From positions 3,948,142-3,973,097 of the forward strand of contig CM119271.1 in assembly GCA_051294375.1 (NCBI GenBank): DNA of 24,956 nucleotides. The letters run 5' to 3'. Within the stretch, counting starts at the first letter, position 1; each line of letters starts with the position of its first letter. The notes under the pieces are model-generated. The model had not been told where the DNA came from, did not search any database, and saw nothing but the letters and a program-made list of their open reading frames with translations. Both the position numbers and the translations under genes were made by a program. Origin of the DNA: Paraspadella gotoi. Lineage: Eukaryota > Animalia > Chaetognatha. Shown here one piece after another: positions 1 through 9,370 of this stretch.

Positions 1-452
1 TTATGGAACCATTAGAAAAAATAAATATTTATTTTTTATTGGGGCGTGGGGCTCGATTCATAATTCGACTTCAAAATCGAAACGAAAAGCTTAAAACTTG
101 GCAATCGAAAGACGATCTATTTTCCGGGGGCGGGGGACTTGGGGACCGAGGCTTAATTTAGCGATAAGTCTGAGCCGATTTCAAAGTATAAAAAAAAAAT
201 AATATTATAGATATATATATGCCAAGCTCCTCGGGAGGAGATTTCTTTCGTAGTCGCGGTCAATGACCCTTTACTTGATTGTCCCGTCTGTCTCTCTGTT
301 CAGTTATGTCATTGCGAAAAAGCTTTCCGCGGCATCTTGTTAAAAATTAAGACCAGATGAGAAAAGGGATGATTATTAAATAAAAAAAAAATATTAACAA
401 AACCACAATATGACACAATATTTTTAGTCATATTTATCGATAATTTTTATTT

Positions 453-1210
453 TCACTCCGGCGGGCACTCTAACATGGACATGACTCTGTGCACAATGTC
501 GGGACGATCCCTGGACAATCTCGTCAACAGCATGTTGGCGTAATCCTGTATCCGCGTGCATTCCTGAAAATAATGGATTATTTGTTTGTTTATATTTCGT
601 TATGAAAATTGCATATTGTACATTTGATAATCATTAAATTTAAGATTATTCATCAATAATTTTTATAATCTTCGTGAAATACATCTGTTATTATTTTTAA
701 ATAAGTCTATAATTTTAAAATTTTGGATGGAGGCCATAAACCACCAAAGCCTGTCCAAAGTCAGGGGCAAGATAGCTTATTTATTAAATGAATGGATAAT
801 TTTTATATTGGTAGTACCAATTTCATAAACAGTATGTAAAACTTGAATAACGATAGTAATTATACCGTCCCTTGGAATTTTGCAGTAAAATTTCTCTACC
901 GTCCAAAATTATGATAACATCCGTCCTTAATCTTGTTTTCCTTTTATTGGCGTCACTTTCCTGAGACTCACTGTACCTCACTCGCCCTTACCTTCTCTCT
1001 CTGCTTGAGTTCCAGGAGCAGCTTGTCCCGCGGTTCCGATCTCAAGTGCTCTATACTTCTAGGGGCCGTTGGGGGTGCGCCAGAGCCTGAAGGGGCCTGA
1101 CGTGAAGGGTTTTGGGTCCCGATTAGACTCCGATCAGTCCGTGGGGAGATTGCGAAAAAACTTGTGTATCGTGAAGTGTCTTTCTCGGAAATGGTAGGAG
1201 TGAATGACTC
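453..1210 (-). CDS. Possible small two-exon transcript (exons ~1210-992 and 563-453), hypothetical peptide
   Basis: Two GC-richer blocks with donor AAG|GTAAGG at 991 and acceptor ATTTTCAG| at 564. In copy B the second exon reads MHADTGLRHMLLTRLSRDRPDIVHRVMSMLECPPE*, while copy A has a 1-bp insertion. No ATG is evident in the first exon. Confidence 0.3.
739..817 (-). repeat. ~80-bp dispersed repeat, inverted relative to 7742-7818
   Basis: AAGCCTGTCCAAAGTCAGGGGC...ATGGATAATTT..ATATTGGTAGTAC is the reverse complement of GTACAACCAATAT..AAATTATCCAT...GCCCCTGACTTTAGACAGGCTT. Confidence 0.85.
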
Positions 1211-1705
1211 GTGTTAATCTATTTTATTTTAATTGTTTTTTTTAAGTCATTCAATCCGTTCTGACTCTTTCTTGTGGCAGTGGGGCGTTCTCTATTTACA
1301 ATACGAAAAGCGTAAGCGGAACTTGACATGCACTTTAACACGAATTCCAAAATTAAATTATCACATAACTCTTTTTAAACGCACGACTTCATGCTACGAC
1401 ATAAAGCACTTACTAAATTTCGTCGAAAAAAAATCGCTAAGTATTTTTAAAAAAATTAATTTCACAGTCCTATTTTTTTAAAAATATTTTATTTTTTCGT
1501 TTTAGAAGAGCCCTAAACATTCCCCAGCTCAGCTGGCGACAGTGTAACCTCATTTAGAATTTTTGAACACGTGTTACTAAATAATGTATAATTACACACC
1601 AACCACCGCGAAAAAAGAGATGGATTAATTGCCATGGATAATACACGAAACTTCACTAGTTAATTCTAAATTATTACTAATATAAATTTAAAGTGTGTTC
1701 GCCGA

Positions 1706-2677
1706 TTACTGGCGATCTTGATCATCATCATCTTCAACTTTGTAATCAGTCTTCTTGTTTGACTTTGGAGATTCAACAGGAGTCAACCCTGTGAGGAACG
1801 AAACATTCACGGTTGCGAGAAACGCGCCAGTAGATGAAGAAGAAACAGTATTTTCTAATATCTAGCGCAGTTTTTAGAAATAACTTATTCTTAGTCTAAG
1901 AAAAAAAAATATTTTGAGGCTGGTTTTGAAATAAATATCTAGATTTTTGAATTTTATTTAAATAGGTAGTTTCTGACTCGTAAATTTAGGAATTTATATC
2001 TTTAGGTCAAACACTAATAACGGCAATAACTCACCCACGGTTTTGGTGGTCGCAGATCTAATCCAATGGTGGAGGCGGGAGAGCGTCCACTCCATAACCC
2101 AGTCGATGCAAGCGCACCTAAAATTTATATTAATAAAAATGAAATAAATAGTTAAATCTAATGTTATATAAAATATGTTTTACTAAATTAGACTTTAAAA
2201 TTGATATTAAAATTTTAAAATAAATGTAAGAATTTAGTAAATTTTAATAAATTTTAATAAATTTTATATTACAAATTTGTAAAATAAATGTAAGAATTTA
2301 ATAAATTTCACTATATATTATATTTAATTATATTCTTTATCTAGAGTATATTCTTTTATAATGTTATATTAAAAAAATCTAGTCTAATTACCAAAACTAT
2401 ATTTTGCTATTATATTCAGAAACAAGAGACATAAAAAAAAAACAAACCTTGAGTTGATCACTAGCGCCCTCAATCGGGACTTTCGGTGCTCACGTTCGGG
2501 ATGGCGATTGAAGACGCCGGCTCCGCTGCCGAGAAGGAAGAGGAGGAGAGGAGCGGGACGGAGAGGATAGAGGAGGGGCCGCTGAAGGAAGAGGAAGAGG
2601 AAGGGTGTTTCGAGAGAGGGGAGGAAGAGGAAGGAGTACCGGAGAGCCCCTCTCCGTCGCTGGCCGATGCGTTTCAT
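1706..2677 (-). CDS. Three-exon hypothetical protein (exons 2677-2448, 2117-2035, 1788-1706; 131 aa as written in copy A)
   Basis: Canonical junctions CAAG|GTTTGT, TTTTAG|, GTGG|GTGAGT and CCTCACAG|. 230+83+83 nt splice to an open frame ending GLTPVESPKSNKKTDYKVEDDDDQDRQ*. The exon-1 frame is uncertain (low complexity, indels between copies). Confidence 0.5.
2195..2310. repeat. AT-rich intronic minisatellite-like duplication
   Basis: AAAATAAATGTAAGAATTTA occurs twice, with repeated TAAATTTTAA units between. The array is shorter in copy B. Confidence 0.7.
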
Positions 2678-3083
2678 GTGGGAAGGGGAAGGAAGGGGGG
2701 TAGTCACGACTGTGGTGGGCAGTGGAAGGGTTGGATAAGTGAGAGAGGGGTGGGTGAAAGAAGAATTAGGAATTTGAATACTTTGTTTTTTCTATATATT
2801 TCTTGTACGCATTTTTCATTTGAGGCGTTTTAACCAATTTCGGGCTATTTTTAATGATAACCTTATACAGCATAGAAAGAATGAAGTTGATACTTCGTAG
2901 TAACAATCACCAAAATTCACTGATAAAAAAATTAATTTATAACAATGCCATCTGGATTCCAACCTTAAAGAGCGCCCGCGGTTCCCATCAATAACCTTCC
3001 TCCTAAATTGGACAGTTGCCGCTTTCGACTTAAGACCAGAAAGTTGGTATCATCTAAGAGAGTGAGGATAAGCGTCTCGGGTG

Positions 3084-3108
3084 NNNNNNNNNNNNNNNNN
3101 NNNNNNNN
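3084..3108. other. Assembly gap (25 N)
   Basis: Run of 25 n. Confidence 1.
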
Positions 3109-3997
3109 TATATTTTGTATTATTTCCAAATGCAATTTTTAAACAACGATAACTATGCTAGTTATAAGTTTTAAACTTTATCATTATATTTTCATTAGCC
3201 AAAGAGTTTCGCTAGTCTTCTGCATTCCAAAACTATAAAGGAAAAAAGAAATTTATATTTCTATCTCATAATCAATGATTATTAATCATGATAATTCTAG
3301 ACGCGACCAACGAATGAATTTGAGATATTAAAGTTCTTAAAGTACTTTATTTATAAAAAAAATACGTACAACGAAAAAAAAGAGGCACCCCTGATTCAGA
3401 GTGACATTCTTGCGACGACTCCTTTCTTCCAAGATGAACAGGTCGATGGAAGCTAAAGCGACACCAGGCGGGGCATTCCGAAAATCATTCAACTTCCAAG
3501 ACGTCGGTTCGATTCCAGACGCAAATTCTCCGACTGCTGCTCGTCGTCTCAGCCATCTGTCTGCGGCAAAGAAACCTTAACAATTGCAAGACCAACGCCT
3601 TCTGTCAAACTGTGCACGTGGAAGCTTGAGGGCGAGCCCTACGGCGTCAAAAATCTGCTGCCTAAATATCGAAGTGCGTTCTTACTTTTTTTTGGAGCGG
3701 GGGAGGGTTTCGGTCATTTAATTTTTTGGCGGGAAAACTTAAATTTGAATTTCATTAAAGGAGAAGGCAGTGCGAGTACAAAAAAAAAAAAAAAAGCCAG
3801 ATATTCGACTTAATTTCTAAACTTATTTTATTATGTTGATTATTCCGACTTAGAAAAATTAAGGTCGCAACTGGCAAAAAAATGTTTTTTTTCTTTGTAC
3901 AAAATCGCACTCGCCTTCATCATTATGAAATTAAATTTATTCATAATATTATACTTTTCGGCTGCATGTGATGACGTTGAAAAAACTTTCAATTATT

Positions 3998-4155
3998 AGT
4001 TGCGCCGCGAGTACTCACTTTTCGGGTCGCGTCGTCGTCGGTCGTTCTTGGTATGTCTGTCCGTCTGGTCTGTCCCATCTAATAGTAACTGCAACTTTTA
4101 TAGTTTGTTGCTCATTTGTTAAAAATCAAATCTAAGCGACTCTCGGTACCGCCTT
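3998..4155 (+). mobile_element. MITE-like element fragment (one end)
   Basis: Starts with AGTTGCGCCGCGAGTACT. Internal GCTCATTTGTTAA..TCAAATCTAAG.GACT..CCGCCTT matches the reverse complement of 9200-9370. Confidence 0.6.
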
Positions 4156-4892
4156 TTGTTTTAAAAGAAAAGATAAAGATAAAAAGAAAAGCAATGCGGC
4201 CGAATACTTGGACAATAACCGTTCCCTTGTTTTTTCCAAAAAAAAATTCTCGGAGGAATTTGTCCCTCAATGGGTGAGATGTGTGGTATGAGAGCTTCAG
4301 AGATGAATCCTTACTCGGCTGTCGGTTCCTCGAGACCACTTGGCTCACTATCTTATTCTCTTTCCTCACTTAGTATCAAGGCGACAACGCGACAAATAGC
4401 ATCTGTATGGATCCAATACTGTCACGTTTGTCCGAGAAGAACGTGCTCTGCGCCAAGGATTCTCATCAGTAATTATATAATATATAATATATATATCGTT
4501 AGTTAATGTGTTATAATTTTCTACGTTATCTTTTTTTAAAAAAAACAGGAGAAACGCGGTAAACCGTGACCGGCTCAAGAATACGGGGAGAACGAGCGTT
4601 TCGACGCCCATTGAGATACGAAAATTTCGCAGCTCGTTTTGGAAAATGAAAAGTTTTTTTAAAACGGTTTGCTTTGTTTCTGTGGGTAAAACGGATAAGT
4701 TAACTGTACTAGCGTAGTGTATCAACATGTAGACTAGTTACTAGTATAGTGAAGCTCGAATTTCATTTTTCGGTTAATTTTATAATTTATAGTGCTTTCT
4801 CGTCGTCGTCATCTCGCCTCTAAGAACGAAGCAGAATTCTCCACGTGAAGAGTTTTCGAAGTACTCGCGGAGCAACTCATTAAGTTCTTTCA

Positions 4893-5250
4893 GATCAGTC
4901 TGTTCCCACTCATCACAAAAGTGTACATAATTTGCCTTATATTGTTCATTAGTAATATATAAGAAACTTAATTTGATTGCGCGCCGCCTTCAGGAAATCT
5001 TAAAGTATAAAGATAAAAGCATAAAATTGATGAGCAGTGTGACAGGCTAAGAAAGTTATTGTAGTCATGTAGTCATATTATGTACGCGTCATGTCATATC
5101 ATGTCACGAGAAACCTTACATCTAGCGACTACTAGCCACTATTGTTTTTAAAAAAATTCCATAAAGAATAAAAGACGAATTTCGATGCAGCGCTGGTTAA
5201 ATGTTTATTAGTAGTCACATGATCACCCGGAAATACACGGCCGCGCATCT
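4893..5250 (+). mobile_element. MITE-like element fragment (other end)
   Basis: GCGCCGCCTTCAGGAAATC (4981-4999) is the exact reverse complement of 9190-9208. AGGCTAAGAAAGT.ATTGTAGTC, CATGTCA repeats and GAATAAAAGACG are also shared with 9060-9180. Confidence 0.65.
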
Positions 5251-5958
5251 TATTAATATTACCGTTCTTGTTTTTTGAATATACGATGGAATTTTAGTCG
5301 ATGTTTCGGCTGCTAAACAAATGATTTCTCCCAGTTTTGTTACATTTCGTTATTCCGTAATTCAGTAAACAGGCGTATTTTTGTGATCTACTATTACCAG
5401 GTTAAGAAAATGCTAGAAGTATTTGGAGGAGCAGAAATTTTTTTAGAAGAAAAAAAAGTTTCTGAAAGTTTTAATTTTTTCTTTGTACAAGAAATTAATA
5501 TTAAGAATATTCGGCCGGTATAAGATATAATACCTCGATATAAAGAGACACATACAAAACATGATGCTTTTTTGCTTATCTTTGAAGCCTCGTCAAAATC
5601 AGTCATGGATATAGATCCCAAACTTTTCAGAACGAGATCGAAGCCTAAAACTACTAATGAGAAAAAGTATTCTTTCAAGGACTGAAAAACCACTGCGACG
5701 CATAACTAAAAGAACAACTACTGCTTACTTCGTTATTTACGTCGTCTGAAACCCAACTTGGTCTCCCCCTGGTGTCGTGGTATTCAGGAAATTGAACGGA
5801 AATAGAGAGAGAGACACGCAAAGCTGATGCGCTTTTTTTGTTGGGTCTTCTTAAATCAGTCAAGTCATGGGCGTCGCATTTCGCGTCAAATAATTTTCCG
5901 TTCTTGTTTCTAATTAGAGGCAAATCTCTGTTTGGTTCCCTTTGTGCATTTGATTTAA

Positions 5959-6003
5959 GAGAGAGAGACGAGAAAAGAGAGAGAGAGAGAGAGAGAAGAG
6001 AGA
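5959..6003. repeat. (GA)n microsatellite
   Basis: Imperfect GA run. Copy B equivalent at ~17070-17116. Confidence 0.9.
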
Positions 6004-6819
6004 ACAACAAATCGATTTCGAATTAAAACTATGATTGATTCGCCGCGCGGCTCGCACTAATGAGTTTTTCGTTTCGTCTAGAATTAATGTTAAAATAAAA
6101 AAAAAGTTTAGACTTTAGGCTAAACCAAAGGTTTAAAAATAATTAATTCCAGTTTGAGATGTATAAAAAACTTTTGCCAGCGAAGTTGTTTTTTTTTTTA
6201 ATCATTTACCGTTCTTAATGAAGTTTAATAGTGAATGGGATGCAGCTGGGGAAAAAAAATGGAGAGAGAATTAAAAAAGAAAAAAATCTCCTAAAAAATA
6301 TGGAAAGAGTCGGAACTAGAGACGAGAAAAAGTTAGGGCTAATGAAGTAAGATACTAAAGAGTCTAAGATAAAAGAATGTAAAAAAGCAAAAAGGCAAAG
6401 TAGATCATAAACAATATGACACAATCGCGGTCCAAAATATCTATTCTGGATTAAATATTTTTTTAGCCACATTCTCGGCCCGAAAAATGTCGAGATTTTT
6501 TTTCTTTCTTTTTTCTTTTTTTCTGGCGTTTTATTTTTATCGCGACGACGCCTGGTTGCGACAAGCGCCGACGACGACAAGGACGACGACGCCACACCCG
6601 CCGACCCGACGCCGACCGCCGACGCCGACTCCCCTAGCGACCTCCCTGGCTTGATCTCACGTGCCGGCCGCCGACCAAGCAGCTTTGCAACTACGACTCG
6701 ATCAAACGCTACTGCTTGGTTTGGAAGAAGAACGCCACTCTCACGAAAATGTGCCACTCCTAGCAGTGCTACCAGAAATGACCCAAATCGAGTAGGGAGA
6801 CGAGAGCTGGGAGTGATAC

Positions 6820-6890
6820 AGAGAGAGAGAGAGAAGTAGAGATTGAGAGAGAGAGGGAGAGAGAGAGTACAGAGAGAGTGAGAGAGAGAA
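6820..6890. repeat. (GA)n microsatellite
   Basis: Imperfect GA run, much longer in copy B. Confidence 0.9.
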
Positions 6891-7410
6891 GAATGTTAGA
6901 TTTTGGAGCTGTTAAATCGGTGTTGATTTTAATTGATTGGAAAAGAACCTTGTTGAAGACCTTACATTTAGCGCGAGATATAGAGCGACCTCGCTCCGCT
7001 TCCGAATTTCTGTCGATTGAACGCATTCCTTTTTGCCTCCTGGATCTTTTTTACTTTTCTAAATTTTGTTCTCTTCGATTAGTTTCATCGTTGAATTTTT
7101 GCAACCGTTTCCTCATTTCTCTATTAGGAAAAAAGATTGATTTTGAAATATGATTTAATCGTTTAATAACGCAAATGCAATTGATAATAAAAAAAACCTA
7201 AAAACTATAGTTTTTGTGAACTCTGCATGAAACTAAGTAAAATTAAATATGAAACTAGAGTACTTCCATCCAATTCTACGATTCTATGATTAAACAATTT
7301 TTATCCATAGACGATTAATAAATATTAAGTTAAGAAAGTAGAGGAAAGAAGAGAAAGGAAATGAAAAAAAAAAGAACAGCTGAACAGAAGAAGAAACTAA
7401 ATAAAATAAA

Positions 7411-7592
7411 AGGACGTTCCGTATTCGTTATGCCTTTTTTGGATCACTTATATATTGTAAAGCTGCATACATTTTAATAAACTGGCGGAATGAGAAATCA
7501 TCATTATGTTTTCCTGGGCTTGTCTTCATCCTCAGGGGATCCCTGCCTTGCTCTGCTGCTGCGATGATGACGACTGTTCCACCAAACACGAC
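7411..7592 (+). CDS. Exon: three-finger/LU-like module ending CCCDDDDCS
   Basis: YCKAAYILITGGMRNHHYVFLG..SSSGDPC then, after a frameshift, TGC TGC TGC GAT GAT GAC GAC TGT at 7554. Donor GAC|GTGAGT at 7593, phase 0. Confidence 0.6.
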
Positions 7593-7741
7593 GTGAGTTT
7601 ATCAAAAACAAATATTTTCTCAGACTCGGTCTTCTCTCATGTTTGTTTGTTGATTATGTTTGTAATTGTTTGTATTGTTTTGTTTGTATCCATTTCATTT
7701 AATAAGGGGTGAGAAGTTAAAAAAAAGATGAGATCAAAATA

Positions 7742-7818
7742 GTACAACCAATATTAAATTATCCATTAATTTAAAAACTAAGCTATTCGCCCCTGACTTT
7801 AGACAGGCTTCGATGGTT
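7742..7818 (+). repeat. ~80-bp dispersed repeat, inverted relative to 739-817 and 10746-10820
   Basis: Direct reverse-complement match. Lies in the intron between exons ending 7592 and starting 7856. Confidence 0.85.
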
Positions 7819-7855
7819 CAATAATTTGATAATTTAAGAATTCTCGTTACTTCAG

Positions 7856-8051
7856 GTTTGCGAAAACTCTTGGACAATAGTTTTGATGAACGAACAGAAT
7901 TTCGATTGCCGCAAGATCATTGAGCCGAAGACGATGACGTCGACGACCCGCAGGCTCAGTGCTACGATTCGCAAAAGCACGTGAGAAGTCGATGCCCTTT
8001 GTTTTAGTTGAGTTCGCTTCCGCGCCGCCGCCGTAGAAAGTTTGAAAATAC
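7856..8051 (+). CDS. Exon: ShKT-like domain (frameshifted, with stop)
   Basis: Acceptor TACTTCAG|, phase 0. Reads VCENSWTIVLMNEQNFDCRKIIE / EDDDVDDPQAQCYDSQKHVRSRCPLF. Restoring the final C-x-x-C of CPxxCxxC needs an indel correction using copy B. Confidence 0.5.
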
Positions 8052-8114
8052 GTAATAAAAAAAAAACAAAAAGCAGCGGCATATTTATTTTTTACCCTCT
8101 TTAATTTTACCAAG

Positions 8115-8423
8115 ATTGGAACGACGAGGTTAGGTTCTTCGCGGCGTAACTTACCCGGGATCCCCAACTGCAGCGAGGTGTCTTTTTGCTGTTGCGGCAT
8201 CGATCGCTGCAACAAAGACCTGGAGCTTTGTCTCGCGACTCGTGGGTGGAGGGCGATTGCGGCCGATGTTGCCTCCACCACCACCGCTTCCCCGAACTCC
8301 ACAGCCTCTACCACCACCACCTCTCCACCGTCTCTCGAGTGCTTTCGTCCACGAATCCTCCCGGAAGCCGTCAAAGAATATTGCGCGGGAATAAAAAAGT
8401 TCACTTCCGCTTTGTTACTATAA
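8115..8423 (+). CDS. Exon: LU-like module C-terminus, Thr/Ser stalk and small Cys motif
   Basis: Open frame after TTTTACCAAG|: IGTTRLGSSRRNLPGIPNCSEVSFCCCGIDRCNKDLELCLATRGWRAIAADVASTTTASPNSTASTTTTSPPSLECFRPRILPEAVKEYCAGIKKFTSALLL*. CCxxDxCN is the LU/three-finger terminal motif. Confidence 0.7.
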   Translation: MGTTRLGSSRRNLPGIPNCSEVSFCCCGIDRCNKDLELCLATRGWRAIAADVASTTTASPNSTASTTTTSPPSLECFRPRILPEAVKEYCAGIKKFTSALLL

Positions 8424-8780
8424 GGAAAACCAAGTAAGAAGGATGAATTGCGTTGATATATTGCAAAATTTAATATATAGAGTCAGTTTATATTATTTCA
8501 TTATATTATATTTTGCTTCGATACTATTGTTTTTTTTTTTGGCGAGTATTCCATTTGTAAAATAAAATAGCCTTGTCTTTTGTTCCTCTGACATGGCGAG
8601 ATAAGATATTTTCACGTTATTTGACATAGAAAAACGTTGCATAGTTTATATCCAGACTCTCTCGGTTTAGTTTATTCACTCCAGATTTTTCTAACCTTTT
8701 TTTCATTAAATGGATATTACTAGTTTTCGCGTTATCATAGTTTTAATTTAATTGTTATTATATAAAGATTTAATCAAAGG

Positions 8781-8896
8781 TACGGCGTCGCCGCTGGCTG
8801 CACCAACACAGACAGAATTTGCAAGGGAGAATGAATCGTTGCTGTTGTTTTGGCGACGATTGCAATCTGAGTTGGGAAAACTGTAAAGAATACAAG
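8781..8896 (+). CDS. Exon: LU-like module C-terminal half
   Basis: YGVAAGCTNTDRICK..NRCCCFGDDCNLSWENCKEYK with one indel. Donor AAG|GTTAGT at 8897. Confidence 0.7.
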
Positions 8897-9025
8897 GTTA
8901 GTGAGCCTGATGATGACACTTTTCACGTTAGCTAGGATATTCAGTATTTCGTCTAAAAGTTAGTAAGTTTTCAAACAGCTCTAGAGTATCTTCATTATAC
9001 AGTAACAGATCGGTTCATCCAATGT

Positions 9026-9370
9026 GTTGCGCCGCAGTGACTTTATTTCCACGTGTATATTATCGTGACATAAAATGACATGACATGAGGCGACATGGCC
9101 TGGCTTCATAGACTACAATACTTTCTTAGCCTATGTTTTTATGGACACACGCTGCATCGGATTCCGTCTTTTATTCGTGATAGTTTTAGGATTTCCTGAA
9201 GGCGGCGCTTGTAGTCCCTTAGATTTGACTTTTTTTTTCTGTCTTAACAAATGAGCAAATTATGTGCATTTTAACGTTAGTGGGATTGACGGACGGACTG
9301 ACGACCGGTTGATAGCAGTTGACACAGAGAGTGACACAGAAGTGACACAGCGACTACGTCGCGGGCAACT
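9026..9370. mobile_element. MITE-like non-autonomous element (~345 bp) with imperfect TIRs, intronic
   Basis: Left end GTTGCGCCGCAGTGACT (9026-9042), right end TCGCGGGCAACT (9359-9370). The body is homologous to 3998-4155 and 4893-5250. Internal GACACAGA x3 at 9321-9350. No clear TSD. Confidence 0.6.

Noticed and set aside
2486-2833. Glu-rich + strand ORF (and 12556-12747)
   Set aside because: Antisense read of a GAGGAA low-complexity tract. Splice signals favour the - strand.
3045-3052. TGGTATCA resembling a tRNA-iMet primer-binding site of an LTR element
   Set aside because: Only 8 nt, with no preceding TG...CA LTR or gag/pol, and it lies next to a gap.
4706-4750. Clustered CTAG(T) motifs suggesting a Helitron 3' end
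   Set aside because: No GC-rich subterminal hairpin and no empty-site evidence.
7847-8404. 185-aa - strand ORF, the longest in the track (and 6215-6757)
   Set aside because: Shadow of + strand Cys/Thr-rich exons. It runs through intron-like A/T tracts and is not preserved in copy B.
9321-9350. Short direct repeats GACACAGA x3 (and CCGTCC x3 at 865-926) as CRISPR-like or iteron arrays
   Set aside because: Too short, no spacer structure, and the context is eukaryotic. They are ordinary small tandem motifs.
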